Source: Mobula hypostoma
Lineage: Eukaryota
NCBI RefSeq assembly: GCF_963921235.1
Contig: NC_086108.1
Span: 56,670,001-56,734,000 of the forward strand
Direction: 5' to 3'
Length of the DNA stretch: 64,000 nucleotides
The notes under the pieces were generated by a model, which searched no databases, was not told the DNA's origin, and was given only the letters and a program-made list of their open reading frames with translations. Both the position numbers and the translations under genes were made by a program. Shown piece by piece: positions 13,701-28,700 of the stretch. How positions within the stretch are numbered: position 1 is the stretch's first letter; every line of letters starts with the position of its first letter.

Positions 13701-16700
13701 CAAAGGATTTTCTTCCCACTAAAATATCCTTCCTCCGTGGCAAAATGTATGCATTCACACAACAGGGTTGGTTGTTCTACGTCATAAGTACCTGAAGTGA
13801 TGTAATAATGATGATGTCCGTCCTTGAGTTATGTCAATGCTGAAGAAGCACTGGAAAGGCATGCATTACAAATGGTAGATTATAGCTCCAGGAATGCTGT
13901 TGGTAGGCGGCAGGTAGAACGTCCGTGTTAGCGGGAAGGCTGACATGAGTGATGGACACATTTCCATACTGCTGGAACGCTGCACACTTTGGATGGGTAT
14001 TTCATGCAGCTTTCGTCTGCCGCAGAATTGGTGACAGAGAGCTTGAGAAGGAGCAAAGAGCATGGCACCTCTCCCTTTCCGATAAAGCCCGTGCTCTGTT
14101 TTTCTTCTAATTCAAACATCTTTCTTCCCCTTCCAAAGTAAAAAAACATGCAGCTCTTCAACAGGTACAATAGGTAGTCATCTTGGATTCATTTTAAAAC
14201 TTCCTTGTTGCTACTGTTGTGTTTTGTAACTTCAGAAACTAATCAAAAGAAAAATACAGGAACTGGGAAATGTTTTGTCTGCTTAGTTTTTCTTTTAGTA
14301 CGGCAAGCACTTGTGATGTGGTGGTGTAATGGCGTATGCCATTCATGTACTACTTACGTATAACCCAAAATGAAAAATGTAAACAACAAGAAAGCTGAAT
14401 CAAACAATATATTTGCAATATTACTCAAATAGGCTGGCTGGTGACACAGCGAGATCAGTGCCGGACTCCAGAGCGAAGGGTCCCGAGTTCGAATCCAGGT
14501 CAGGCCACCACTGAGCACACTTTCCATCCGTGCCGGGTTGAGTGTCAAGCTAGCCACTCGGCCTCGTAAAAAATACAAGGGTCGAGTCAGGAACATTCAT
14601 AGCGTGACCCGGTTAATCCTGATACCACATGCCAGACAAGAATGGCTGAATGTCTGGTACAACGCACTTAAAAAAAAACCTCAAATAGCAATATCAAACT
14701 ATGTTGCTTCTAAAGGATTTAAGAAATCATTATATTTACAGACATACTGTTAAAAGTACCCCTTGAAGCATGATGGTAGATCTCAAATTATATAAAGACT
14801 TTATCAATGCTGTGATTTATGTTGTTAGACCCACCAGGCCAGCCAAGAGATCTGAAGTGTGTTTGGAGAAAAAACTACATGCAATGTATGTGGAAAGCAG
14901 GGAAAAAGACATTTCTAGCAACACGATATACTCTCCATGTCCAAAGGTGAGTGAACACTTTTACATACTGGTATCTGAAAATAACAATGCTGTTCGCGAG
15001 AATACCAAATGTCATCTTGGTGGTTTGGCTGCTTCCTCATGGTATCTTAAGAAGGTATTTGAAAAGGTGATTGATCTAACAATTTTTCATAAATCTCTCT
15101 TTCAAGAATCAGGGACACAAACAAGGAATGGCAGTTGCAAGTTGCTTGAGGTGTTTTTACCAACTTGGCTCAAAGGAAACCTCTGAGCTTGGGCATCTCT
15201 GCCCCTTCCTTATCAATGGCCTGGTTAGGGTTGGAGATTCCAGGAAAATTACCAGGATAAGCAGATTCCAACTTTGATCATGTACTTCCAGTGGAATTAT
15301 GTGGAAAAGCAGAGGAAGCACTGAGAATTCTCCAGCTTTCAATTCAATTAATATCAAGAGAAATTCCTTTACCTTGAGTAATTAGGCAGATGTCAAAGGA
15401 ACAAATAAGTTGTGCTTCAAAGGTGCTGGAATGTATTATCTATCTTCCTGCCTGGGCTGTGCCTCAGATGTGGGTATATCTGAAATGATATAGTTCATTG
15501 CCAATTTCAAAATCCACTTTGAGAAGCATCTTAATCCAGCCCACTGCAGATCTTCATATGGGCACTTACAGGCATGATTCACAGTTGCCATCTTTGCCAC
15601 ATGATCAACATGGTTGATGCTCATTTTGCCCGTACAAGCAGAGAATGAAGTAACAATGTGCCTTCATTTTTAACAGCCAATAAAACAATTGGGCATAGAA
15701 ACACAGAAACATAGAAAACCTACAATACAATACAGACCTTTTGGCCCACAAAGCTGTGCCGAACACGTCCCTACCTTAGAACTACATAGGCTTTACCCAT
15801 AGCCCTGTATTTTTCATAGTAGTAGTCATAGTCATAGTCATACTTTATTGATCCCGGGGGAAATTGGTTTTCGTTACAGTTGCACCATAAATAATTAAAT
15901 AGTAATAAAACCATAAATAGTTAAATAGTAATATATAAATTATGCCAGGAAATAAGTCCAGGACCAGCCTATTGGCTCAGGGTGTCTGACCCTCCAAGGG
16001 AGGAGTTGTAAAGTTTGATGGCCACAGGCAGGAATGACTTCCTATGACGCTCGGTGTTGCATCTCGGTGGAATGAGTCTCTGGCTGAATGTACTCCTGTG
16101 CCCACTCAGTACATTATGTAGTGGATGGGAGACATTGTCCAAGATGGCATGCAACTTGGACAGCATCCTCTTTTCAGACACCACCTTCAGAGAGTCCAGT
16201 TCCATCCCCACAACATCACTGGCCTTACGAATGAGTTTGTTGATTCTGTTGGTGTCTGCTACCCTCAGCCTGCTGCCCCAGCACACACATCCTCAGCATC
16301 GTCCGGCAGATGTTAAAGGACCTCAGTCTCCTCAGGAAATAGAAACGGATCTGACCCTTCTTGTAGACAGCCTCAGTGTACTTTGACCAGTCCAGTTTAT
16401 TGTCAATTCGTATCCCCAGGTATTTGTAATCCTCCACCATGTCCACACTGACCCCCTGGATGGAAACAGGGGTCACCGGTACCTTAGCTCTCCTCAGGTC
16501 TACCACCAGCTCCTTAGTCTTTTTCACATTAAGCTGCAGATAATTCTGCTCACACCATGTGACAAAGTTTCCTACCGTAGCCCTGTAGTCAGCCTCATCT
16601 CCCCTGCTGATGCATCCAACTATGGCAGGATCATCAGAAAACTTCTGAAGATGACAAGACTCTGTGCAGTAATTGAAGTCCGAGGTGTAAATGGTGAAGA

Positions 16701-19700
16701 GAAAGGGAGACAAGACAGTCCCCTGTGGAGCCCCAGTGCTGCTGATCACTCTGTTGGACACACAGTGTTGCAAGCACAAGTACTGTGGTCTGCCAGTCAG
16801 GTAATCAAGAATCCATGACACCAGGAAAACATCCACCTGCATCGCTGTCAGTTTGTTGAACACACTGGAGAAGTCAAAAAACATGACCCTCACAGTGCTT
16901 GCTGGCTTGTCCAGGTGGGCGTAGACACGGTTTAGCAGGAAGACGATGGCGTCCTCAACTCCTAGTCGGGGCTGGTAGGCAAACTGGAAGGGATCTAAGT
17001 GTGGCCTGACCATAGGCCGGAGCAGCTCCAGAACAAGTCTCTCCAGGGTCTTCATGATGTGGGAGGTCAATGCCACCGGTCTGTAGTCATTGAGGCCGCT
17101 GGGGCGTGGCGTCTTCGGCAGAGGGACAAGGCAGGACGCCTTCCACAGTACAGGAACCCTCCGGAGCCTCAGGCTCAGGTTGAGTACATGGCAAAGTACT
17201 CCACATAGCTGAGGGGCACAGGCTTTGAGCACCCTGGTACTGACACCATCCGGTCCTGTAGCCTTGCTTGGGTTGAGACGTTTCAGCTGTCTTCTCACCT
17301 GTTCAGCTGTGAAGCCCACCGTGGTGGTTTCATGTGGGGAAGGGATATAGTCATGAGAGCAGGGTGGGGGACTGTGAGGAGGGATAGGAGGGGAGAGTGG
17401 AATATGTGTTGGTTGGGGGCCAACAACAGATGAATCATGTGGGGGATGGGCAGGGGCCACAATGTCAAATCTGTTAAAGAACAGGTTAAGTTCGTTGGCC
17501 CTGTCCACACTGCCTTCAGCTCCTCTGTTGCTAGTTTGCCAGACCCAGTGATGGTCCTTATCCCACTCCAGACCTCTAAGCTCCATTTACCTATCCAGGA
17601 GTCTCTTAAAAGACCCGATCGTATATGCCTCCACAACCGCCGCCGGCAGCCCATTCCACACACTCACCACTCTCTGCATAAAATCTTACCCCTGATATCT
17701 CCTCTGTACCTGCTTCCAAGCACCTTAAAGCTATGCCCTCCCATGCTAGCCATTTCAGCCCTGGGAAAAAGCTTCTGACTATCCACACGATCAATGCCTC
17801 TCATTATCTTGTACACCTCAATCAGGTCACCTCTCATCCTCCATCGCTCCAATGAGAAAAGGCCGAGTTCACTCAACCTATTCTCATAAGGCATGCTCCC
17901 CAATCCAGGCAACATCCTTGTAAATCTCCTCTGCACCCTTTCTATGGTTTCCATGTCCTTCCTGTAGTGAGGTGACTAGAATTGAGCACAGTACTCCAAG
18001 TGGGGTCTGACCAGGGTCCTATATAGCTGTAACATTACCTCTTGGCTCTTAAACTCAATGCCACAGTTGATGAAGGCCAATGCAGCGTATGCATTCTTAA
18101 CCACAGAGTCAACCTGCGTAGCAGCTTTGAGTGTCCTATGGACTCAGACCCCAAGATCCCTCTGATCCTCCATACTACCAAGAGTCTTACAATTAATACT
18201 ATATTCTGCCATCATATTTGACCTACCAAAATGAACCACCTCACACTTATCTGGGTTGAACTCCAACTGCCACTTCTCAGCCCAGTTTTGCATCCTATCA
18301 ATGTCCCGCTGTAACCTCTGACAGCCCTCCACACTATCCACACCTCCAACCTCTGTGTCATCAGCAAATTTATTAACCCATTCCTCCACTTCCTCATCCA
18401 GGTCATTTATAAAAATCACAAAGAGTAGAGGTCCCAGGACAGGTCCCTGAGGCACACCACTGGTCACCGACCTCCATGCAGAATATGATCTGTCTACAGC
18501 CACTCTTTGCCTTCTGTGGGCAAGCCAGTTCTGGATCCACAAAGCAATGTCCCCTTGGATCCCATGCCTCCTTACTTTCTCAATAAGCCTTGCATGGGGT
18601 ACCTTATCAAATGCCTTGTTGAAATCCATATACACTACATCTACTGCTTTCCCTTCATCAATGGGTTTAGACACATCCTCAAAAAATTTAATCAGGCTCG
18701 TAAGGCACAAACTGTCTTTCACAAAGCCATGCTGACTATTCCTAATTATATTATTTCGCTTCAAATATTCACAAATCCTGCCTCTCATGATCTTTTCCAT
18801 CAATTTACCAACCACTCGCTGGTCTATAATTTCCTGGGTTATCTCTACTCCCTTTCTTGAATAAGGGAACAACATCCACAACCCTCCAATCCTCATGAAC
18901 CTCTCCCATCTGCATCGATGGTGCAAAATGCATTGATGGACAAGGAGGCATAAATTAATGAGTTCCCACACAAAAAAAAAGTACGCATCTGCGTGCCTGA
19001 TACTTTAATGCTCTGCCGTCTATGATTGGGTCACTGACCTAATGCGTTCATTGACACAATCACTGTCCTACTGTATTTTCATATGCCCTGCTGCTACTTG
19101 GAAGAGTTCCTCTTTCCAAGAGTCACTTTGTCACTTATTTCCTGTCTGAGGATACAGATACTCCTGCTCCTAGTGTTATTTTATGTACATACAATCAGTC
19201 TATGTAGATAATCTGATTTTACCTATATATGGCCACCCTCAGCAGTTAGTTGTATGTTGTCTTTTTAGTATATAGGATTGCTTTTATATTTATATTTATT
19301 GTGTTTTTCACACTTATGGTTCATCAGATCTGGAGTAACAATCAGTTCACTCTCCTTTATACTCATTGTCATGAATGACAATAAACAATCTTGAATCTCA
19401 GTCGATGGGCCTGCTTTTAGCTATGCACACCTGCAGTACATATTGCAATAAAGAGTCAGAGTCTTGAATCTAGTGCTATTCACATCACTGGGCTCAATCT
19501 ATGCTGACAACCACCAGGCTGAAGAAACGCTGAAGTAATGCCTTTCCCCAGTCTCCACCCTGAGTATCACTCACTCCCACTGGTTTTCTAAACCCCGAAC
19601 CCTATGTTTTCCCTCACTTCCATGACAGACTTTTACACTTCTCCATTATGGCTCTGTGTTATGATTCCTACCGGTAAAGATCCATCAGCACTGATCATTG

Positions 19701-22700
19701 CAGGCATCTGTTTCCAACATTGCACCTGGAGAGAAAGCAACCCTTAAGAGTGTTTTATATCATTTTTCCTAATGTTATTGTGTTTCTTTTGGGGCAGTGG
19801 AAGATATCTAATCAGATGTAAGTGCTTATGCAGCTCTCATTTCACACACTGCATTATTGTAAATTCCAGCTTTGAGGCAGGAGAGAATATATCATCACCT
19901 GCTGTGAAAATTAGGGCAGTTTTCACTCCATGTGGAATGTTAAAATGGAGCTTGCATGGTTCCACAGTTGGAAAAGAGGGTCAGTTACGAATTACCACCA
20001 TGTCACCTTCCTGACCGTGTCCTTGTATGTAAGGATGATTGGAATAAGGGTTTGAATGGTCACTTTCTTCCAACCAGCTGGCCTCTTGCAGCGGTCAATT
20101 GTTCTGACTCTGCTGGACCATGCTTTTGTTGCACCAATATTGCCTTTCGCACCAGACTCTATGCTTCATGTTGGAGGAAGGGAATCGTAGGGAGAAAGAA
20201 AACATGACAGAGCAGCAGTGAAAAAAAGCAACCGTTCAGCATCAAAAGAAATAATCTAGAAAGAGCAAGCTTTAGGTGGAGGACAAATATAAAGTCAATA
20301 CAGACCACAGTGTTGAATACAGTTGTGAAGTGTTTCTTTAAAATGTTGTCACCCTTTTGGCCTGGCAAATCTTTTAATCTAGTTTCCCCAGACTATCTTA
20401 ATAACTATACTGCACAGCTATGTAATTGGCTTTAGTTTTCTTGAGTAAGCTATGTTCTTCACAACTAAATGTAATTACCTATCAGCAGAACAAGCAGCTG
20501 TTGGACGAGCTCCGTGGGTCAGGCAAAGGTATAACCAATGTTTCGGACTGAGAGCCTGCTATTATATTCTGTATTATTGTGCTCTCATTTCTCTAAAAAT
20601 CCTTTACTACTTACTACTGATTGACAATATATCACAACACAGACTCCTAACACACTAACATCTTTTTACTGTTGCTGTCCATTTCACCTTTACTCATCCT
20701 ACTTCCCATTCTTCAAGGCTAAGTTTATTAACTATTGTCCTTGTTTTGTAGAATATAGAACAGTACAGCCAAGGAAAGGGCTGTTTAGTCCACTATGATT
20801 GTGCTAACTACAATGCCATTTTAGATTGCACATCTACGTGCACATGGTCCAATCCTTCCATTCTCTGTCTGTTTATACCCCTGTCTAAATATCTCTAAAA
20901 AGTTACTGTTGCATCTTCTTCTACCAGCTCTCCCAGCAGCACTTTCCAAGCACCTACACTCTCTGTTAAAAGAGCTTACTCCTTTCATCCTTAACTATGC
21001 TGCTACTCCAACATGTCCTTCTCCCCTTTGTTTTTCTGCTAATAGTTCTAGCTGCACAGTTCAGACACCTGTCTTAATCTACTTATCGACAGAGATACAG
21101 AACATCAACCACTTGTGTTCATATGATGCCATTAATGTGGTGAAATGTGTCAAAACAGTAAACAGATCCTTCTTGAAGCAAAAATTGACTCCAAGGACGT
21201 CAAAGAATACTGGGACAGATGACTTCTTTATAAAGTAATGTGCCCTGTGGACGACGAGGAGCTGATACATGTACCATGCTTAGATTTCTAGAAAGTATTG
21301 GATAAGGTGTCACAGCAAAGATTGTAAATTTTTTAAAATCTCCATATTTTGGAAATCTGAAACAAACGCATAATTATTGAAAGCATTCAACAGGCCATGG
21401 TTTTGACTGCAAACTATTTTTCTTTTCCAGTATTTTACATTTTTGTTCTGAATGTAGGTTATTTTGGAAAATCAAAGCTCATGGTGCAAGGGGGTGTTGT
21501 TTTGGTATGGATAAAAAACTGGCTGGTTAATAGGGAAAAGGGAATAGTCCAGATGTAATACAATGTGCCACAGTGGCCAGCCAGAAAAAGTCCTCAACTA
21601 CTGCGATTTATATACATGGCTTGAATAAAGACACCAAAGAAGTGGTTGCTAAATTTGCTAATAACATAAAGATATGCAGAGAAATAAGAGTGAGGAAGGT
21701 ACGAAGGAATATAAATGGTTAAGTGAAGGGGTAGAGCTGTGAAAAATGGAGGATAATGTGTAGAATATATAAATTTGTTCAATTAGGTGGGAAAAATTAA
21801 AATGGTGGGAGATTAAAGAGCTCGGAAATGCAAAGAGATTTGTGTGTCCTAGGAAATACAAAAAAAATATTTATTGCTAAAGGAATTGCATTCAAAAGTA
21901 GGGAGGTTATGCTTTGGTTGTCTAGCATATTGATAAGACTACATCTGGAGTATTGCTTAAGTATTGATTTCCTTATTTAAGAACGGATATAAATCTTTTG
22001 AAGCTGTTCAGAGAAGGTTTGTTATATTAATACTTGAAGCTGGCAGGCTATCTTCTGTATAAAACTTGGATCTGCTTGTGTTTAGAAAGGTGAAGAGAGA
22101 TTTAATTGAAACATAGAAGATCCAGAGGGAATAAGACAGAGTGGATGTGGAGAGGATGTAATAATATAGAACTGGGCATTGCCTTTTAAAAGTAACGGGT
22201 TGCCCACTTGAGATTGAGGTGATATTTTCTTTCATTGGTTCATGCCTTTGCTATTCCCTCACAAAAGGAGTTTCTGCAAATATTTTGACAATGGAGGATA
22301 GACATATAGTTGATAAGTAGGGTGATAAAGGTTGTAATCAGATCAGCTATGATCTTACTACACAGCACAGGCTCGTTAGGGTGAGTGGGTCAGCTTTTAG
22401 TGTAGTTTGAATCAGGATGGGTTGCTTGGGGGAGCTGAAAACAATGTATTAAAATGTCTAAAAAACATGTAAAGTGCTTTGAAAAAGTATTCAGCCCCAA
22501 TTCTTTGTTTACTAAAATAAATATTACAACCAGGGATTTTGATCAATTTAACTGAAAATTTTTATTTGTGAATCACATGCTTCTTTATTTTCACTGTAGA
22601 GCCCAAAAAACAGGGGAAATTGGAAAGCATGATAAACTAAAAATTCAAAAGCTGAAATGTCGACAGTTCAGAAGTGTTCATCCTCCTTTGCTCAGTACTT

Positions 22701-25700
22701 AGTTGAACCCCTCTCACAGATATTACATCCAGGAGTCTTTTTGGATAAGTTTCTATTAGCTCTGCACAACATGATGGAGCAAGATTTGTCCATTCCTCCC
22801 TGCAAAATTGCTCAAGCTATGCCAGGTTCGTTGAGAAGCAACGGCAGACAGCAACTTTAAGGTCTTGCCAGAGATGTTTAATCAGGTTAAGATCCAGACT
22901 CTGACTGGGCCACTAAAGGACATCCATTTTCTTCATTTGAAGCCACTCCATAGTTGCTCTGGCAGTGTGCCTTGGGCCATTGTCAAGGTGAAAGACAAAC
23001 TTCCTCCCTAGTTTAAGCTTTCTGGCAGAGGCTAGCAGGTTTTTATCCAGGAACTTTAGTAGCATTCATTTTCCCATCAATCCTGACCAGCTTTCTGGAC
23101 CCTGCTGCTGAAAAGTGTCCCCAAAGTATGATGCTACCTCCACCATACTTTACACTAGGGACTGTGTTACCTGGCTGATGCACCGTATTAGATTTGCACT
23201 AGACATGCCACTAAAAAAAAAGCATATCCTTGCCTGTAAACACTTTGCAAAGTGTCACTTAGAAGATATTGTAAAGATGAAGAAGGGCTTGTGGTTGGAT
23301 GAGAGTAAAGTGAAACTTTCTAACATCAACACTAAGCTGCACATTCGTGGAACGTTGCAGAACCGCCTTCCTGGCCGTTGAATCTCACTGTAGATCTCAT
23401 CTGCCTAGTCCTCTGGAACTGACTTGGCTTGGTAGGACAGGCATGTCCCTATCTCACCAGGGTATGAAACTCTCACCTAGTTTAGTCCGTCAGTCGAAGC
23501 AGTGTACCAGGTTGTGGCCACTGGTGGATGCAAACAGCTACTTGGAGCCACAGGTGAGAGCTGAGTGTCCAGTAGAGACCAAAGGTATCCTTCAAGAGGA
23601 TTGTCAACAACTTCAAATTCTTTGTAGTTCCGAACTTGTTGAAGTAGTGAAGTTATTTCATTTTCACTCCTAGTGGTTTCTGGCATTTCCAAGTCTGAAT
23701 CCTTGAAACCACAGTGAGCAAAACAGTTCTAAGTTGTCTTACTGCTTATTTCTCACCAACTATCAGTGATTAAAATCACTGGGTTTTGAACATGAACATA
23801 TGCAAATGACGCCATTTAAAAACTGTTCACTCTAAGCACTGTGTAGTGTGTAATGGCCACACAAGCACACGCAACTGACACTAGTTAGAAGCCGTTCTTC
23901 AACAGCCTCCTCTCCCAATTAAGTGGCATCATGTCCAAAGTAAACAAAGAGAATCCTTGATTAGTTTTTGTTCTTTAAGAGTAGTCCTAAATAAGCAGCT
24001 GTCCTGATTAATTGATGTCCCAATTAACCGGAATCCACTGTAGTATATACTGAAATGCTGTGATCTGTAAGGTTAGTAACTAAACTTGAGGTAGAACAAG
24101 TCCTATTATGAATAGCATGAATGTACATAAATTAATGGCCTCTTTATATGCTTACTAACTCCATTTTATACCAATGTTAGATGACATGCATGAGTATTTT
24201 GTACATATATTTCGAGAATAAGGAGGCTTTTCCTTGTCACAGAATGAACATCATGTGGGTATATTTCCATGCCCAAATTAAGCAAGTATAAGTACCGACC
24301 ATGAATTGCTTTTTTTCATTGAACTTTCCCAATTACTGGCATTTGCTGTGCATTTCTGTGGAAAGGTGCATTGTGGTCAGAGATGTTGGGCCTGCAAAAC
24401 CGAAAGAATATTTTGTATTCACAGCTTTCCTATCAGTAGTAATTTGATAACCTTGCAGTAAGATACGAGGGGTGATTGATAAGTTCGTGGCCTAGGGTAG
24501 AAGGAGTCAATTTTAGAAAACCTAGCACATTTATTTTTCCTACATTTGCACACTTAGTCCTACGGTCATGGAGCATACGGATCCCTTCTTTGTAGCAGTC
24601 GGCGTCTTGGACCTCCAGAAGTGGTCCACAGGAGGGGTGATTGATAAGTTCATGGCTTAAGGTAGAAGGAGATGTTACTAACTTCAAACTTTCTGCATTT
24701 TCACTCAAAGAGTTGAACTGCATGTGAATGTAATGAGAGCTCTATAACTCATCTCTGTCTACTTTAGGCCACGAGCTTATCAATCACTCCTGCTATGGAC
24801 CACCTGGAGGTCCAAGACGCTCTCATTACATGCACGTGCAGTTCAACTCTTTGAGTGATAATGCAGAAAGTTTGAAGTTAATAACTCATCCTCTTCTACC
24901 TTAGGCCACTAACTTATCAATCACCCCTGCTGTGGACCACTTCTACAAAGAGGGGATCTGTATGCTCCACGACTGCTGGACTAAGTGTGTACATGTAGGA
25001 GGGGACTATGTTGAAAAATGAATGTGCTAGGTTTTCTAAAATTGACTCCTTCTACCTTAGGTCACGAACGTATCAATCACCCCTCGTACCTTGTTCTATT
25101 AGATTAACTTATAAATCTCTTTTTCTGGCACTTATTTGTTTCTTTAAAACGTCATCTGTGGCCAGGATAATTCTAGCCACAAAACCAAGCTGTCATTACA
25201 TGTCGATTTTCATTTGAAGTTCTGATTTCAAGAATAACTAATGAAGTGTTAAACCATGAGTTCCTCTGGTAATTAACCTCAACTACAAGCTTGCAAAGCT
25301 GAAAGTGAAACCCTCCAAAGGGTAACTTGGATTTGTTAATGTATCTGTAAGCGTTATTTATTGAAGTATTACTATCAAGGTGAAAGACACCCACCTTTTA
25401 CTGAGAATGATCAATGGATTGAGCCATGCTCCATTCATGAGCTATCCATTATTCAGGTACAAATACCTGATGCAGTGTTCAGACAAGAAAGCAAATGTTG
25501 TTTGGGATAGTGTTGAGGAGCTTACTGCCTACTTAAAAACCTCTCCACCACTGCTGAGATAAATTCAACTAAAATTTCAAAACTGCGATTGATAGATATT
25601 TATCATATAATGTAACGAAAGGTTATGAAACCAAAACTGCGACATGGCGTAAACACTGGAGCATCATCCAAAATGCCTTGCATTGGTTTCCATGGCACCC

Positions 25701-28700
25701 AGCTTTATCATGCTGCCATCTCCCATGTTCCATCGTTCTTCTCTACCCTGTTGTCTCCAAGTTGTCAGTCTGCTAATCCGACAGTCAGAAATGAATGAAC
25801 AAAAAAATTTTCTAAATAACTACAGGAAAGTCAAAGCAAGTGTTTTCAATCAGTGCCGTAAATTCCCTAATTGCTGATTTGCCCCTCTCCCTACCAGCGT
25901 TTGAAGCTGAATTAGACTATTCAGAGCTTTTTGATCATGTATGACCAAAGAGTAAATCAAAGCCAACACTTGGGCTGCCTTTTCCTAGTTGTGGAATACT
26001 ATTTGATTTTACCCATTACCACAGCTCATCTGCTGAAATCACAGCAACATCTATTCACCTGTAAGCATTCCAACAGGTGCCCCTGTCCCAATCTCTGTGA
26101 CAACAAAACCATTGAAACTCAGCTGCCTGTATATTAACTCACTTCACATTCTGTTCACCCATTCAAGTTCAAGTTCAGTTTATTGCCATTCAACTGTACA
26201 CATTTATACCACCAAATAAAACAAAGTTACTCTGGACCAAGGTGCACAACACAGTACATACAGTACAGCTCACATACATACACACAAAGTAATATTACCA
26301 TAAGACCATAAGACGTAGGAGCAGAATTAGGCCATCCAGCCCATCGAGTCTGCTCCACTATTTAATTACGGCTGATCCTTTTTTTCCCCTCCTCCTCAAC
26401 CCCAGTTCCTGGCCTTCTCCCTGTAACCTTTGATGCCATGTCCAATCAAGAACCTATCAATCTCTGCCTTAAATACACCCAACAGCCTGGCCTCCATAGC
26501 TACATGTGGCAACAAATTCCACAGATTCACCATGCCTTGGCCAAAGAAATTTCTCCGCATCTCTGATTTGAAAGGGCGACCCTCTATCCTGAGGCTGTGC
26601 CCTGTTCTCCTCGACGCTCCCATCATGGGAAACATCCTTTCCACATCTACTCTATCTAGGCCTTTCAACTTTTGAAAGGTTTCAATGAGATCTCCTCTCA
26701 TCTTCTGAATTCCTGCAAGTACAGATCCAGAGCCATCAAACGTTCCTCATATCATATCCCTTTCATTCCTGGAATCATCCTTTTGAACCTCCTCTGGACC
26801 CTCTCCAATGCCAGCACAACGTTTCTAAGATGAGGGGCCCAAAACTGTTCACAATATTCAAGGTGAGGCCTCACCAGTGCCTTATAAAGCCTCAGCATCA
26901 CATCCTTGCTCTTGTATGCTAGACCTCTTGAAATGAATGCGAACATTTGTCTTCCTCACCACTGACTCAACCTGCAAGTGAACCTTCAGAGTGTTCTGCA
27001 CAAGGACTCCCAAGTCCCTCTGCATCTCAGATTCTTGGATTTTCTTCCCGTTTAGAAAAGAGTCCGCACATTTATTTCTATTACCAAAGTGCATGACCGT
27101 GCATTTTCCAACATTGTATTTCATTTGCCACTTTCTTGCCCATTCTCCAAATCTGTCTAAGTCCTTCTGCATCCTACCTGTTTCCTCAACACTACCTGCC
27201 CCTCCTCCAATCTTCGTATCATCTTTGTAAAATTTATTTATTGCCACAAATAAATTTACAAATAATAAAGGCATGTACAATTCAAGTTAAAAAGTAAACA
27301 GTGTAATGCGTGATGAGACCTGGGTGGTGGCAGGGACTTCTGTAGTCTCACAGCCTGAGTGAAGAAGCTTTTTCCCATCCTAACAGTTCTTGTCCTAATG
27401 CTACGGTATCTCTTGCCTGCTGGTAGGAGGTCATAGGGATTGTAGGATGGATGGGATGGATCATCGACAATGCTAAGGGCCCTTCATGCGCAGAGCTCCA
27501 GATAAATAACTCTGATGAGCGGAAGGGAGACCACCCCAGTGACCCTCTCAGCAGTCCTTGCAATCCTTTTAGGGACTTGTGGTCAGATGTCTTGCAATTC
27601 CAGTACGAGACAGTGATGCAGCTGGTCAGGGCACTCTTGATAGGGCTCCTGTAAAAATTGATTAAAATGGAGAGGGGCAGGAGGCCTCACTCACCTCAGT
27701 CTGCCCAAGAAGTAGAGATGCTGCTGTGTTTTCTTGTCCAAAGAGTTGGTGTTGAGGGTCCAGGTGAGATTGTCCATTCTCTTCTACCCTTTGACCTATC
27801 CCAATCCTCACTTTAAGTGACACTTCAGTTTTAAAACCTCCCCAAGCCTCGACTGATGTTATCCGTAACACCTTCTATCCTCACAAATTACTGAGATATC
27901 AATTCTCCTCCAATAGTCTCTTGAACATCCCCAAATACAGTCACTTCACAAATGGCTGTCATGTCTTCAGATATCAAATTCTGGAACTTATGCTTTTCTT
28001 CCTGTTATTTCTCTTATAAAATACTCTTTAAATAAAGATGCATACATCAGGATGCTCTTTATCAATTACAGCTCAGCATTTAATATCATCGTCCCCTCAA
28101 AACTCCAAGACCTGGGCCTCCATACCACCTTGTGCAATTGGATCCTGGATTTCCTCCTTGCAGACCCCAATTAGTTAGGATTGGCAAAAACATCTCCTCC
28201 ACAATCTCTGTCAGCACAGGAACACCGCAGGGATGTGTGCTTAACTCCCTGCTCTACTCATTTAACACCCATGACGGTGTGGTTAAGTACAGCTCCAACA
28301 CCATATCCAAGTTTGCTGTTGTGGGCTGTATCAAAGGGGGTGATGAATCAGCATACAGGAGGGAGATTGAAAATTTGGCTGAGTGGTGTAATAACATCAA
28401 CTCTCACTTAATGTCAATAAGACCAAGGAACTGATAGTAGACTTTAGGAGAGGCAAATCAGAGATCCATGAACCAGTAATCATCGAAGGATTAGAGGTGG
28501 AGAGGGTCAGTAACTTTAAATCCTGGGATCTCAAAGGACCTGTCCTGAACTCATAGTATAAATATAATTGTGAAGAAAGAACAACACAAAAAAAAAATCT
28601 CAGGATTGTGTGTGGTGACATGTATGTACTCTGATAATAAATTTTACTTTGAACTTTGAACTTTGATTCTAAGAAAATTTCTAACCCTTTGTTTTTGTGA

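Noticed and set aside
14433..14510. tRNA gene (also 36890-36960)
   Set aside because: A and B boxes are present, but they are followed by SINE bodies and flanked by TSDs, with no convincing cloverleaf.
2706..24040. Inverted Tigger-like ends at 2706 and 24040 as one 21-kb composite transposon carrying the promoter and first exons
   Set aside because: The copies are clearly diverged, and the exons continue in frame beyond 24040. Independent insertions of a common repeat are the simpler explanation.
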